From a virus (taxonomy: Duplodnaviria > Caudoviricetes): a stretch of DNA of 29,170 bases. The notes beneath the pieces are model-generated. The model made no database searches, was not told the DNA's origin, and worked only from the letters and a program-made list of their open reading frames with translations. The stretch covers positions 1 to 29,170 of the IMG/VR virus record IMGVR_UViG_3300046003_005477; one strand, 5' to 3'. Shown piece by piece: positions 9,445 through 16,924 of this stretch (the stretch's first letter is position 1; each line of letters opens with the position of its first letter). The position numbers and the translations under genes were made by a program.

Positions 9445-9470
9445 TTGGTTCCTATAATTAACTGTTCTGT
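9445..9470 (+). other. attI-1 (array 1)
   Basis: TAATTAACT-GTTCTGT, 49 nt from the intI start; its R box is complementary to R'' ACAGAAC of the first attC. Confidence 0.8.
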
Positions 9471-10183
9471 GTATGAAATGGGAGCACGTCCTGCGCGAGA
9501 CGAGCGGCGGCGATTTCGCAATAGCGTTCCTCCCGCTCGATGAGCACGGCGCGTTTCCCGAGATTCTTTGCGGCGTGTCCCGTGGTGCCGGAGCCTGCCC
9601 ACGGGTCGAGGATGGTTTCCACGTTCCCCGCTTGCTGGATGCACCATTGCATCAGCCCCAGCGGCTTTTGCGTCGGGTGTTGCGGGTTGCTGTCCGAGCG
9701 GCATCGGTGGTGTTTTGCTGGCCCTGGGATATTCGTGAAGGCGATTTCCGCACTGCTTCGCGTTTCCAAGTGCTCCACATGAGGCTTTTGCCACATCAGG
9801 AACTTTTTGTGAGGCGGCAGCAGGTTGCACAAGTAGTTCATTCCCCAGATGATTTGCAGGGTGGCTTTCTCCATTGCGGCGGCGATGGCTTCCCCGTCGA
9901 TTTTTTCATCATCCCAGTTTCCTTTCCTCGCCATGCCATAGCGGCGAGTCGTCCTCGATCCGTCGAGAGCGTTCATTCCATACGGCGGATCTGTCAGCAG
10001 GAGGTCAAAGCTTTCCAGCATGGGCATGATTTCCCGGCAGTCTCCGTGATAGATCGTCACGTATTCGTCGCGGTAGAACGGCACCGGCAACACAGAACAA
10101 GGCATCGCTCCTAACAGCCCACCGCCCCGCAGTTCAGCGGTGGCGTGGCTAGGAGGCTCAGGGAGTGGCGGAGTGGCGTTCAC
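9458..10183 (-). CDS. cassette 1: DNA methyltransferase (N6/N4, beta class)
   Basis: TDPPYG, HPTQKP, LDPWAGSGTT. Confidence 0.9.
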   Translation of the reverse strand: MNATPPLPEPPSHATAELRGGGLLGAMPCSVLPVPFYRDEYVTIYHGDCREIMPMLESFDLLLTDPPYGMNALDGSRTTRRYGMARKGNWDDEKIDGEAIAAAMEKATLQIIWGMNYLCNLLPPHKKFLMWQKPHVEHLETRSSAEIAFTNIPGPAKHHRCRSDSNPQHPTQKPLGLMQWCIQQAGNVETILDPWAGSGTTGHAAKNLGKRAVLIEREERYCEIAAARLAQDVLPFHTQNS

Positions 10184-10211
10184 GGGCTGTAGGAGGATTT
10201 ATGCGTTCTGG
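10092..10211 (+). repeat. attC 1.1
   Basis: R'' ACAGAAC; L boxes CTCCTA(A)CAGCCC / GGGCTGTAGGAG with an extrahelical base; R' GTTCTGG. Confidence 0.85.
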
Positions 10212-10936
10212 CCACGGAATAGATCGCCTTGCGCGAGTTCGCGCTTGATCCGTTCCACGGCGTTTTTGAAGTGTTCCGGGTCTTTCTCGATGCCAATGGC
10301 TTTCCGCCCGGTGCGGATTGCGGCGATGATCGTTGACCCGCTGCCCATGTATGGGTCGAGCACGGTTGCACCTTCCGGCACCTTGGCTTTGTCCATGCAC
10401 CACGCCATGAGCGCCACGGGTTTCTGCGTCGGATGAACGCGGGTCATCGTTTCCCCCGCCATGCTCAAGTCACGCTTGCAGTAGATTCCATGCCCGCCCT
10501 TCATCCACGCTTCCTCAGCATCACTCAGGAACGATCCGAAAGCTGCATCCATTCGCTTGATCCAGATCAGTTTGGTTCCCACTGGCAAGCGTGCGCCGAA
10601 GTGATTGGAGCCGAAGAGAACCACCTTTTCCCATGCGAGCCAAGGCGACGGGTCGAAGGGCTTGTCATCGTCGATGATGCCTTTCGCGTAGATCCTTGGA
10701 TTCTTCGGGCGGCGTTTTTGGCTGGCTTCACTTCCACCCTTGAATCGGGCGTTTTCACACGGCCATGCCATCCCATATGGCGGGTCACTTATCACGGCAT
10801 CCACGCCTTGCAGCGTCGGCGCAATGTCCATGCAGTCGCCCAGCCACACCTCAACCCCAAGAGCCAGAACAAGACGCTGCATGGAACGCCGAGGAGCGTC
10901 CTTGTCGAGTTCGGGCTGTAATTGGTCGGCGTCCAT
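10199..10936 (-). CDS. cassette 2: DNA methyltransferase (N6/N4, beta class)
   Basis: SDPPYG, HPTQKP, LDPYMGSGST. Confidence 0.9.
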   Translation of the reverse strand: MDADQLQPELDKDAPRRSMQRLVLALGVEVWLGDCMDIAPTLQGVDAVISDPPYGMAWPCENARFKGGSEASQKRRPKNPRIYAKGIIDDDKPFDPSPWLAWEKVVLFGSNHFGARLPVGTKLIWIKRMDAAFGSFLSDAEEAWMKGGHGIYCKRDLSMAGETMTRVHPTQKPVALMAWCMDKAKVPEGATVLDPYMGSGSTIIAAIRTGRKAIGIEKDPEHFKNAVERIKRELAQGDLFRGQNA

Positions 10937-10952
10937 GAGCTAGGCGTTCGTC
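10864..10952 (+). repeat. attC 1.2
   Basis: R'' CCAGAAC; CATGGA(A)CGCCGA / TCGGCGTCCATG; R' GTTCGTC. Confidence 0.9.
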
Positions 10953-11254
10953 TGATAATGAATGCACCCAAAGTCCGGCCCCGTGATGAGTTCGCCTGTG
11001 CAACCTCCTTCGTCGCACGTCGATACTCCGTCGCGCCGCATCTTGCGGTTGTCGCGTTTGCCGTAAGTCGGCTGAATCACCATTGGATGCTGGCAGTATT
11101 GAAGTTGGATTCCGTCTTCCGTGTGACCAGTTTGCCACAACTTACCCGGTTCGCCCCAGAAACGACAAGACGAACAAGTCACTCCTGGACAACCCTCACC
11201 AGTCTCCTGTTTGAGTTCGGTTTCGGGCTTCGATGTATCATTTTCGGTTTGCAT
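10940..11254 (-). CDS. cassette 3: Cys-rich hypothetical protein
   Basis: CSSCRFW...YCQHP...TGPDFGCIHY. Confidence 0.7.
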   Translation of the reverse strand: MQTENDTSKPETELKQETGEGCPGVTCSSCRFWGEPGKLWQTGHTEDGIQLQYCQHPMVIQPTYGKRDNRKMRRDGVSTCDEGGCTGELITGPDFGCIHYQTNA

Positions 11255-11301
11255 AGTGTTTTAGTGGTTAGCGGTGAGGGTGCCAGAGCTAGGCGTTCAT
11301 G
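11169..11301 (+). repeat. attC 1.3
   Basis: R'' GACGAAC; CTGG(A)CA(A)CCCTCACC / GGTGAGGGTGCCAG; R' GTTCATG. Confidence 0.85.
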
Positions 11302-11305
11302 GCCT

Positions 11306-11494
11306 TCACTTCGGGCGTTTTTTGGTGGCACGGAGTTCCCGAAGAGCGCCTTCCTGCATCCAACGATGCGGGACGTTCCGTCCGGTTTCCCATGCTGTGA
11401 TTTGCCCCTTGCCGAGGCCGAGCAAGGCTTCCGCCCCGGCCTGTGTCAGGCCGAGGCGGTCGCGCTCGCTTTTAAGTTGGTCGGCGAAGCTCAT
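11306..11494 (-). CDS. cassette 4: XRE-family HTH protein
   Basis: LKSERDRLGLTQAGAEALLGL...AWETGRNVP. Confidence 0.8.
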   Translation of the reverse strand: MSFADQLKSERDRLGLTQAGAEALLGLGKGQITAWETGRNVPHRWMQEGALRELRATKKRPK

Positions 11495-11688
11495 GCTGTT
11501 TTGACGGTGACGCTTTCTCCGTTTGCACCTTCGACCGTGACGGACGTTGGGCGGTTTTGGATTCCGGTGATCTTGGAGAAGATCTTGTGCTTGCCCTTGG
11601 AGTCGAAGCCCTCGGAGGCGAGGAGTGAGCGGAAGCCGGCGGCGGTGTGCTTGGTGACTTGCTTGGCGATGTAGGATTCGAATTTCAT
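11491..11688 (-). CDS. cassette 4: small hypothetical protein
   Basis: MKFESYIAKQ...; ATGA overlap with the HTH gene. Confidence 0.6.
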   Translation of the reverse strand: MKFESYIAKQVTKHTAAGFRSLLASEGFDSKGKHKIFSKITGIQNRPTSVTVEGANGESVTVKTA

Positions 11689-11734
11689 TTTCTTGGTTGG
11701 TTTGTTGTTGGTGTTGCTCAGTGGCAACACGCAC

Positions 11735-11785
11735 AACTTACGAGATTCTCGCACAAGGTCAATATTTATTTTACGAGATTCTCGT
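11735..11785 (-). promoter_or_regulatory. cassette 4 internal promoter with two palindromic operators
   Basis: TTGACC-16 nt-TAAGTT on the minus strand; CGAGA-N-TCTCG palindromes at 11741-11751 and 11774-11784. Confidence 0.65.
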
Positions 11786-11810
11786 TTTTATTCGGGCGTC
11801 CATTTTCGGC

Positions 11811-11897
11811 CATGAACAAGACGCTGATGACAAGCGCCGGAAGCGCCCTGTCAGGAATCGGAGTCTTGCGCGGCGCTGTCATAGCTCAGCGTTAGCC
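11811..11897 (+). repeat. attC 1.4
   Basis: R'' CATGAAC; ATGACA(A)GCGCCG / CGGCGCTGTCAT; R' GTTAGCC. Confidence 0.9.
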
Positions 11898-12121
11898 TCA
11901 GAGATTTCATCCCACAGGGAGGGCGGTAGCCATATGTCGTTATCCTTTGCCTCAAAGGCGTCTCCCGCCGTGAAGACGAGTCTGATTTCCCTCCCATCAA
12001 TGGACCGCAAGAACTCGTCCAGATACTCCCGCTCGTCGAGCGGGAGGGCGGCGCGTTCGTGTGGTAGTGCTTCGTCGTATAGGGCGATCAGCCCGGTTTT
12101 CATTCGTGCGTTCATAATCAA
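11879..12121 (-). CDS. cassette 5: hypothetical protein
   Basis: 80 aa ORF filling the cassette; its stop lies inside attC 1.4. Confidence 0.65.
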   Translation of the reverse strand: MIMNARMKTGLIALYDEALPHERAALPLDEREYLDEFLRSIDGREIRLVFTAGDAFEAKDNDIWLPPSLWDEISEANAEL

Positions 12122-12125
12122 GAAA

Positions 12126-12217
12126 GGCTAACAAGTGGATGCTGGCAACGGCGGGAAGTTGCCTGTTTGGTTTATTCGGAGTCCAGCGCCCGCCGCGCCA
12201 GATCCTTGTCGTTCTAC
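12126..12217 (+). repeat. attC 1.5
   Basis: R'' GGCTAAC; CTGGCAACGGCGGG / CCCGCCGCGCCAG; R' GTTCTAC. Confidence 0.85.
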
Positions 12218-12252
12218 CGAGAAGGGATCGGACCTTCCCGCGTAGATCGTGA

Positions 12253-12480
12253 TTACCAGCGTTTGCTTTTCTTCGGGCCGCTCATGAGTGCTGCGATCAG
12301 CGCGATGATTCCCACGATTGCGATGATGCCGAGAACCAGTCCAAGGCTGATCAAGATCGGCGACAATACCCACCACCACGACCATGCAATGACATTGCAG
12401 AGTTTCAGGGTGATGAAGACGATGGTGAGGAGACCGGCGAAGCCGATTCCTCCTGATGTGCTGCTATTGGTGTTACTCAT
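12253..12480 (-). CDS. cassette 6: small phage membrane protein
   Basis: GGIGFAGLLTIVFITLKL..VIAWSWWWVLSP motif; the frame stays open upstream into attC 1.6 (to 12534). Confidence 0.8.
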   Translation of the reverse strand: MSNTNSSTSGGIGFAGLLTIVFITLKLCNVIAWSWWWVLSPILISLGLVLGIIAIVGIIALIAALMSGPKKSKRW

Positions 12481-12511
12481 TTTTTCGGTGTTTTGGGGTG
12501 ATTCGGAAGAG

Positions 12512-12613
12512 GTAGAACAAGGGAGTGATGGCAACGGGAACTAGCCGTCGATGTCGTTTGAGTTATCGGAGTCCTGCGCGGCTAGTTCCCGCGCCATACC
12601 CCCAGCGTTCTGC
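12512..12613 (+). repeat. attC 1.6
   Basis: R'' GTAGAAC; ATGGCAACGGGAACTAGCCG / CGGCTAGTTCCCGCGCCAT; R' GTTCTGC. Confidence 0.9.
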
Positions 12614-12798
12614 GGAAAAGTATCGCGCCACGCCCAGACATGGGCGGCGTGTTTCCGTTGTGCTTTTGAGATTCCAGACGAGTCCGTGAATGTTACAGGG
12701 TCATCCATTCTTTCGCGCCAGTAGGCGATCCAGATGGAATGCCAAAGACGCAGAACAAGTCGCGGCAGGACAACCGCCCATTTGCTTTTCAATTTCAT
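12541..12798 (-). CDS. cassette 7: hypothetical protein
   Basis: Starts in attC 1.7 and stops in attC 1.6. Confidence 0.55.
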   Translation of the reverse strand: MKLKSKWAVVLPRLVLRLWHSIWIAYWRERMDDPVTFTDSSGISKAQRKHAAHVWAWRDTFPQNAGGMARELAAQDSDNSNDIDG

Positions 12799-12846
12799 AT
12801 CGTTTTCCCTTCATGCGCGGCGGTGCCTGCGCTTTTTGCGTTCGGC
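12750..12846 (+). repeat. attC 1.7
   Basis: R'' GCAGAAC; GCAGG(A)CA(A)CCGCC / GGCGGTGCCTGC; R' GTTCGGC. Confidence 0.88.
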
Positions 12847-13205
12847 AGAGATGAAGATCCGCAGATGAAGCATGTCCCATCCATGGCTCGGCTGAAGTTG
12901 CAAACATGTTCGCGCAATTTGCGCTCGCGTTGTTCCGTCACCGTTTCTGGTTGGCGGATTTTCACCCACTCCCCGCATTCCGGCCCACGCTCCTTCCAGA
13001 CTTGGAGTGAGCGCATGACTTGTCGTGCTTCAACTTTCTGCGCCATGTATCGGCTTTGATCGTCATCCGCGCCGTAGGCGAGCACCTGCATAATTTCCCA
13101 GCGGAATGACGGAGCGCCACGCCACCAGTAGAATCCGGGAGCATCGGGCCAGCCGAACAAGGCATCGCTGCCAACCGGCACTATCTTTTCAGTTTCTTTG
13201 CTCAT
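12795..13205 (-). CDS. cassette 8: hypothetical protein
   Basis: WPDAPGFYWWR motif; starts in attC 1.8 and stops in attC 1.7. Confidence 0.65.
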   Translation of the reverse strand: MSKETEKIVPVGSDALFGWPDAPGFYWWRGAPSFRWEIMQVLAYGADDDQSRYMAQKVEARQVMRSLQVWKERGPECGEWVKIRQPETVTEQRERKLREHVCNFSRAMDGTCFICGSSSLPNAKSAGTAAHEGKTI

Positions 13206-13249
13206 GGTCGTTTCATTTGCTGCCGGTGGCAGGATTTTTGTCGTTCATT
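13152..13249 (+). repeat. attC 1.8
   Basis: R'' GCCGAAC; CTGCCA(A)CCGGCA / TGCCGGTGGCAG; R' GTTCATT. Confidence 0.88.
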
Positions 13250-13291
13250 TCACTGGAAGAGAGGCGGGGGAAGAACCCCCGCCCGGTCGCA

Positions 13292-13585
13292 TCATGCGGC
13301 ATACCATCCGCCATTCCGCTTCGTGAACCACAGCACCCGCATCGAGCGGCTGACGATGGCGTAGCGGTTTGCGCCGTCGTAGTAGCGGACTTCGCCGCCC
13401 TCATTGCGCTTGTCCAAGTGGCCAAGGTCTTTGGCACCAAGAGCGCGGCGGGCTTTCTCTTGCTTGTCCGAGTGGCGATCCATTTCCTTGAGTTGCTTGT
13501 CGGTGGCAAAGATTGTTCCGATTCCGTTTTCTTGGATACGGTTTCCGTTGATGATTGCTGAGTTGATGATGGTTTCGAGTTGCAT
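13292..13585 (-). CDS. cassette 9: hypothetical protein
   Basis: 97 aa ORF divergent from an HTH gene. Confidence 0.6.
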   Translation of the reverse strand: MQLETIINSAIINGNRIQENGIGTIFATDKQLKEMDRHSDKQEKARRALGAKDLGHLDKRNEGGEVRYYDGANRYAIVSRSMRVLWFTKRNGGWYAA

Positions 13586-13686
13586 TGCAGTGGTTGGTTG
13601 ACGGCGTTACTCTGTCCGCATTGCAGACACTTGGCAAGGATTATTTTCTGCATTGCATACTTTTTTTTATCGGGTATGGTTTGCCC

Positions 13687-13866
13687 ATGACCTTCGCCGA
13701 ATCGCTTGCCGAGTTTTCCGCCGCCCAGATCGTCGCCGCCCTTGGATGTCCCCGACAGACGGCCTATGCGTGGCTTGATGGCACGCGCCAGCCCCCCGAA
13801 TGGCAGCAAGCGCTTTTCCTTGCGGCGATCCGTCGGCACGCGAAGAGAAGAGATGCCGGAAGATGA
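13687..13866 (+). CDS. cassette 9: small HTH protein
   Basis: AAQIVAALGCPRQTAYAWLDGTRQPP; TTGCAT...TATGGT promoter just upstream. Confidence 0.7.
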   Translation: MTFAESLAEFSAAQIVAALGCPRQTAYAWLDGTRQPPEWQQALFLAAIRRHAKRRDAGR

Positions 13867-13870
13867 CGGC

Positions 13871-13992
13871 AGAGAACAAGACGGTGATCCCGATGGAGAC
13901 CCGCCCCGAGTCAGGCTTTCAGTGGTGGCTATCATGATTTTTGGTGTGGCTGGCTGGCGCTCCCGTCTCCACGGGATACCTCTGCGTTCGGC
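13871..13992 (+). repeat. attC 1.9 (last of array 1)
   Basis: R'' AGAGAAC; ATCCCG(A)TGGAGAC / GTCTCCACGGGAT; R' GTTCGGC. Confidence 0.85.
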
Positions 13993-14199
13993 GGAACCAA
14001 TCCCGGAACCAATCCCGGGAACGACTTACGATATTGGTCAGCATGAGATTCCACGAGGGTTTTCACGCACAATGCGACTGACCAATACGCCCGACTTTAC
14101 GGAACATCAAGAAAAATAATCATCTGTATGGTAAATATCGTTATTTATTTTTTAAACTTCCGCCTTGATGTTTCGTGGGGAATTGTCATTTTCCCCTGC

Positions 14200-14379
14200 A
14201 TGTCCAAAATTTCCATTCCTCGCTTACTTAAAAAGAAGGACGTGGCGGCGGCGTTATCCTGCTCTGTGCGCCACGTCACCCACTTAATCCAGACAGGCAA
14301 ACTCACGTCGATCAGCCTCGGCGCTAAAACCGTGCGCGTCACTTTTGAATCCGTGGAAAACTTTATATCTGGAAAATGA
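14200..14379 (+). CDS. excisionase-like HTH (HTH_17) protein
   Basis: LLKKKDVAAALSCSVRHVTHLIQTGKL...VRVTFESVENFI; ATGA overlap with the helicase gene. Confidence 0.75.
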   Translation: MSKISIPRLLKKKDVAAALSCSVRHVTHLIQTGKLTSISLGAKTVRVTFESVENFISGK

Positions 14380-15986
14380 ACGCCATGGCCCTTGACCCAT
14401 CCGATTACGATTTCGAGCCTGAAAACGCCCAACCACCCAAGGACGACCTGCCGGATTACAAACCGCCATCTTCACCCCTCCGCCTAGTTCAGCCCGCCAC
14501 CGAGCCAAACCCGCCCCCGCATTCGGTAGGAAGTGAGAAGTCTATCCTCTCCCTCTACTGGGCATGGCCGGAAACTCGACCAGCGATCCAGCAAGCAGGC
14601 GTTTCCGAGGATCATTTCTATTCTCCCGGAAACCGGGTAATATGGAATGCTCTCGCAGCTCATCCCGACGCCGACCTCCCGTTGCTCGCTCAACGCCTGC
14701 TCGACTCCGGTCAACTCGACCGGGCAGGCGGGGCTGCATCCTTGGCTGATATTTACAGTTATGCGCTGCTCCCTCAGTGTCTTGACCAGCATCTTCAGAT
14801 CCTCGCCGAGAAATCAGCCGCGCGGTCAGCTATGACAGCATCGCGTAAGCTCATCGACGACCTCGAAGCCAGTCCCGGCGAGTCCGCAGAAATCCTCTTG
14901 CGCGCCGTCACCAGCCTCAAGGACATCGCAGACGCTGCTGGGTCCACGTCCCCGTTACTCGCTCGCGCCTACGCTCTTCAATACTCACCATTCGCCCGAC
15001 CTCCCGCCGACGAGGTTCTCATGCAAATCGGCCAGGCACCCATTGCCGCCCGTGGAAACCTCACCGTCCTGCAAGGCAAAGCCAAGGTCGGCAAGTCTGC
15101 GGTCGTCGCCAGCATCCTCGGCGCAGCCCTGCGTGGCAGATTCCAAGCCAAGGGCGACACGCTGGGCATTGACTGGACAGCGGATCGCCACACCGGCGCG
15201 GTGATCCACCTCGACACCGAGCAATCCCCTGCCGACTGGTGGGCGCTCGTCACCCGCGCATTCGCCCGCAGCGGCAACAAACAATTCCTCGACCGGTTGG
15301 TTTCGATTCCTCTCGTCCAGTTCAGCCGGCGCGATCGTTTGGCGATCCTTGAATCCGTCATCGCCGACCAGATCCGCCAACGCGGCACGGTGGATCTGGT
15401 CATCATCGACGGCGTGGCCGACCTCTGCACCAGCCCAAACGACGAGGAGGAGTCTTTAGAGCTGGTCGCTAAACTCATGGCAATCTGCCACAAACACAAC
15501 GTGGCGATAGTGTGCATCCTCCACGAAAACCCCGGCACCGATCAGGGAAAAACTCGTGGGCATCTCGGGTCAGAACTCAACCGCAAAGCCTTCGCCAACC
15601 TCCGAATCGACAAGGACAAGGACGGCGTTTCGACTCTTTACGGCACCGATATGCGCAAGCGGGACATCCCTCAGAATCAGGGCGTTTGCTTCGTCTGGAA
15701 CGATGAGGAACACATGCACACGGTCATTGGATCAGCCCGTGAAGTTGAGGCCGAGCGCAACTCCGAGAAGTCTCAACGGTCGAAATCCCGCAAGCTGGAT
15801 CAGGACCGCGCAGGGCTCGAAGACATCTTTGGAGATGAAGAATCCATGGCATACTCGGAGCTTTGGCCTGCCGTCGTGGACCGATTCGCGGTCAAGGAGC
15901 GCATGGCCAAGAACAAAGTTTCGGAGTGGATCAAGGCGGGAGTCGTCGTCAAAAACGCATCGGGGGAATATGAAATCGGCCCGTGA
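14376..15986 (+). CDS. replicative helicase: DnaB-like N-terminal domain plus RepA/AAA_25 ATPase
   Basis: PPHSVGSEKSIL, GKAKVGKS Walker A, HLDTEQ, VIIDG, RGHLGS motifs. Confidence 0.85.
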   Translation: MNAMALDPSDYDFEPENAQPPKDDLPDYKPPSSPLRLVQPATEPNPPPHSVGSEKSILSLYWAWPETRPAIQQAGVSEDHFYSPGNRVIWNALAAHPDADLPLLAQRLLDSGQLDRAGGAASLADIYSYALLPQCLDQHLQILAEKSAARSAMTASRKLIDDLEASPGESAEILLRAVTSLKDIADAAGSTSPLLARAYALQYSPFARPPADEVLMQIGQAPIAARGNLTVLQGKAKVGKSAVVASILGAALRGRFQAKGDTLGIDWTADRHTGAVIHLDTEQSPADWWALVTRAFARSGNKQFLDRLVSIPLVQFSRRDRLAILESVIADQIRQRGTVDLVIIDGVADLCTSPNDEEESLELVAKLMAICHKHNVAIVCILHENPGTDQGKTRGHLGSELNRKAFANLRIDKDKDGVSTLYGTDMRKRDIPQNQGVCFVWNDEEHMHTVIGSAREVEAERNSEKSQRSKSRKLDQDRAGLEDIFGDEESMAYSELWPAVVDRFAVKERMAKNKVSEWIKAGVVVKNASGEYEIGP

Positions 15987-16104
15987 ACGCCTAAATCTTC
16001 CCACCATGACCTTCTCTGCCACTCTGCCGCGCCTTGCGCTTCCTAACGAAAAACCCGCTCCGAACTCGGAGCGGGTCATGGTTGTGTGCGGCGTCTTGTT
16101 GAGT
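15982..16104 (-). repeat. attC 2.2 (last of array 2)
   Basis: Minus strand: R'' ACTCAAC, ACCATGACC / GGTCATGGT stem, R' GTTCACG overlapping the helicase stop. Confidence 0.75.
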
Positions 16105-16113
16105 GTCTTTGGG

Positions 16114-16347
16114 TTAGGCGAGCGGTGCGAGCGCACGGAGTGCCAACGTGGACGGCATCCGGCCAGACTCCCAACCCTCGACGGTGCGGCGGGAAACCCC
16201 GATCTCGTCTGCGAGCTGCTGAGTGGTCAATCCGGCCTTCTCGCGGATCGCTTTGATGCCGGGGCCGTAGTCCATGACGGACCCGTCATCCGCGAGGATG
16301 ACGGGCTGGCCATAGGGACTGGATGGGTGATGGGTGGTGACTCTCAT
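16114..16347 (-). CDS. cassette 2.2: XRE-family HTH protein
   Basis: IKAIREKAGLTTQQLADEIGVSRRTVEGWESGR. Confidence 0.85.
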   Translation of the reverse strand: MRVTTHHPSSPYGQPVILADDGSVMDYGPGIKAIREKAGLTTQQLADEIGVSRRTVEGWESGRMPSTLALRALAPLA

Positions 16348-16350
16348 GGC

Positions 16351-16704
16351 TTAGGCAAAAAGGCTATTGGCTTTGTGATCGTCGGCCTCAAACGCTGCCT
16401 TGATCTCATCGGCATTGGCTTCGGCTTCGGCCCACTCGACAAAATCGGAGTAAGCGGCCTCGCCGATCATGCAGTTGGTAAAATTGTGGGACATGCGCTC
16501 ATTGTTGCCGTCGTAGATGTCACCGTCCTCGTCCAACGAGATGTATGCGATATCACTTGCTCCGCACTTGATGAGGACCGCAACGCTGCTGTCGTTGTAT
16601 CCCTGGATGCACCAAGTCCAGTCGCCCTTGAGGGACTTGACCCAGTTGCGGGAGCCGTAACGAGGGGTGGAGGTGGTCTTGCTGATTTTGATGGTCGTTG
16701 TCAT
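16351..16704 (-). CDS. cassette 2.2: hypothetical protein
   Basis: MTTTIKISK...; preceded by an A/C-rich leader and a TGCGTAAAA / TTTTACGCA inverted repeat. Confidence 0.65.
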   Translation of the reverse strand: MTTTIKISKTTSTPRYGSRNWVKSLKGDWTWCIQGYNDSSVAVLIKCGASDIAYISLDEDGDIYDGNNERMSHNFTNCMIGEAAYSDFVEWAEAEANADEIKAAFEADDHKANSLFA

Positions 16705-16835
16705 GGTCTTGGTTGTTTTGGTGGTTTGGGTAGTCGCGTCGTGCAACTGGGAAGACAATACGCACGGTGCGTAAAAACAACAAGCTTTATTTTACGCAAA
16801 ATGCGTAATTCTTTTTTCCGCCCCGAAAGGGGTCC

Positions 16836-16924
16836 ACTCAACGCTGATGGTCTGGGACGGCGGACGTTGGACGCCGATTCCAAGTGAGACGTTCCCCGCC
16901 GTTCCCAGCACCTACTTGTTCAGC
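16836..16924 (-). repeat. attC 2.1
   Basis: Minus strand: R'' GCTGAAC; CTGGGA(A)CGGCGG / CCGCCGTCCCAG; R' GTTGAGT. Confidence 0.88.

Noticed and set aside
10092-13992. The recurring GAACAAG...GTTC elements as a CRISPR array or as terminators
   Set aside because: They differ in sequence and length, are separated by whole genes, lack U-tracts and show attC box architecture
13992-14021. Tandem GGAACCAATCCC repeat after the last attC
   Set aside because: It has only about 2.5 copies and no supportable function
13993-15986. The HTH-helicase module as a gene cassette
   Set aside because: It is bounded by two inward-facing R' boxes with no matching R'', and the helicase stop is out of frame with the crossover Asn codon
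15556-16887. The 443-aa plus-strand ORF as a real protein
   Set aside because: It overlaps the helicase in another frame and is antisense to a clear HTH gene; only the part from 16006 is noted, as a possible read-through frame
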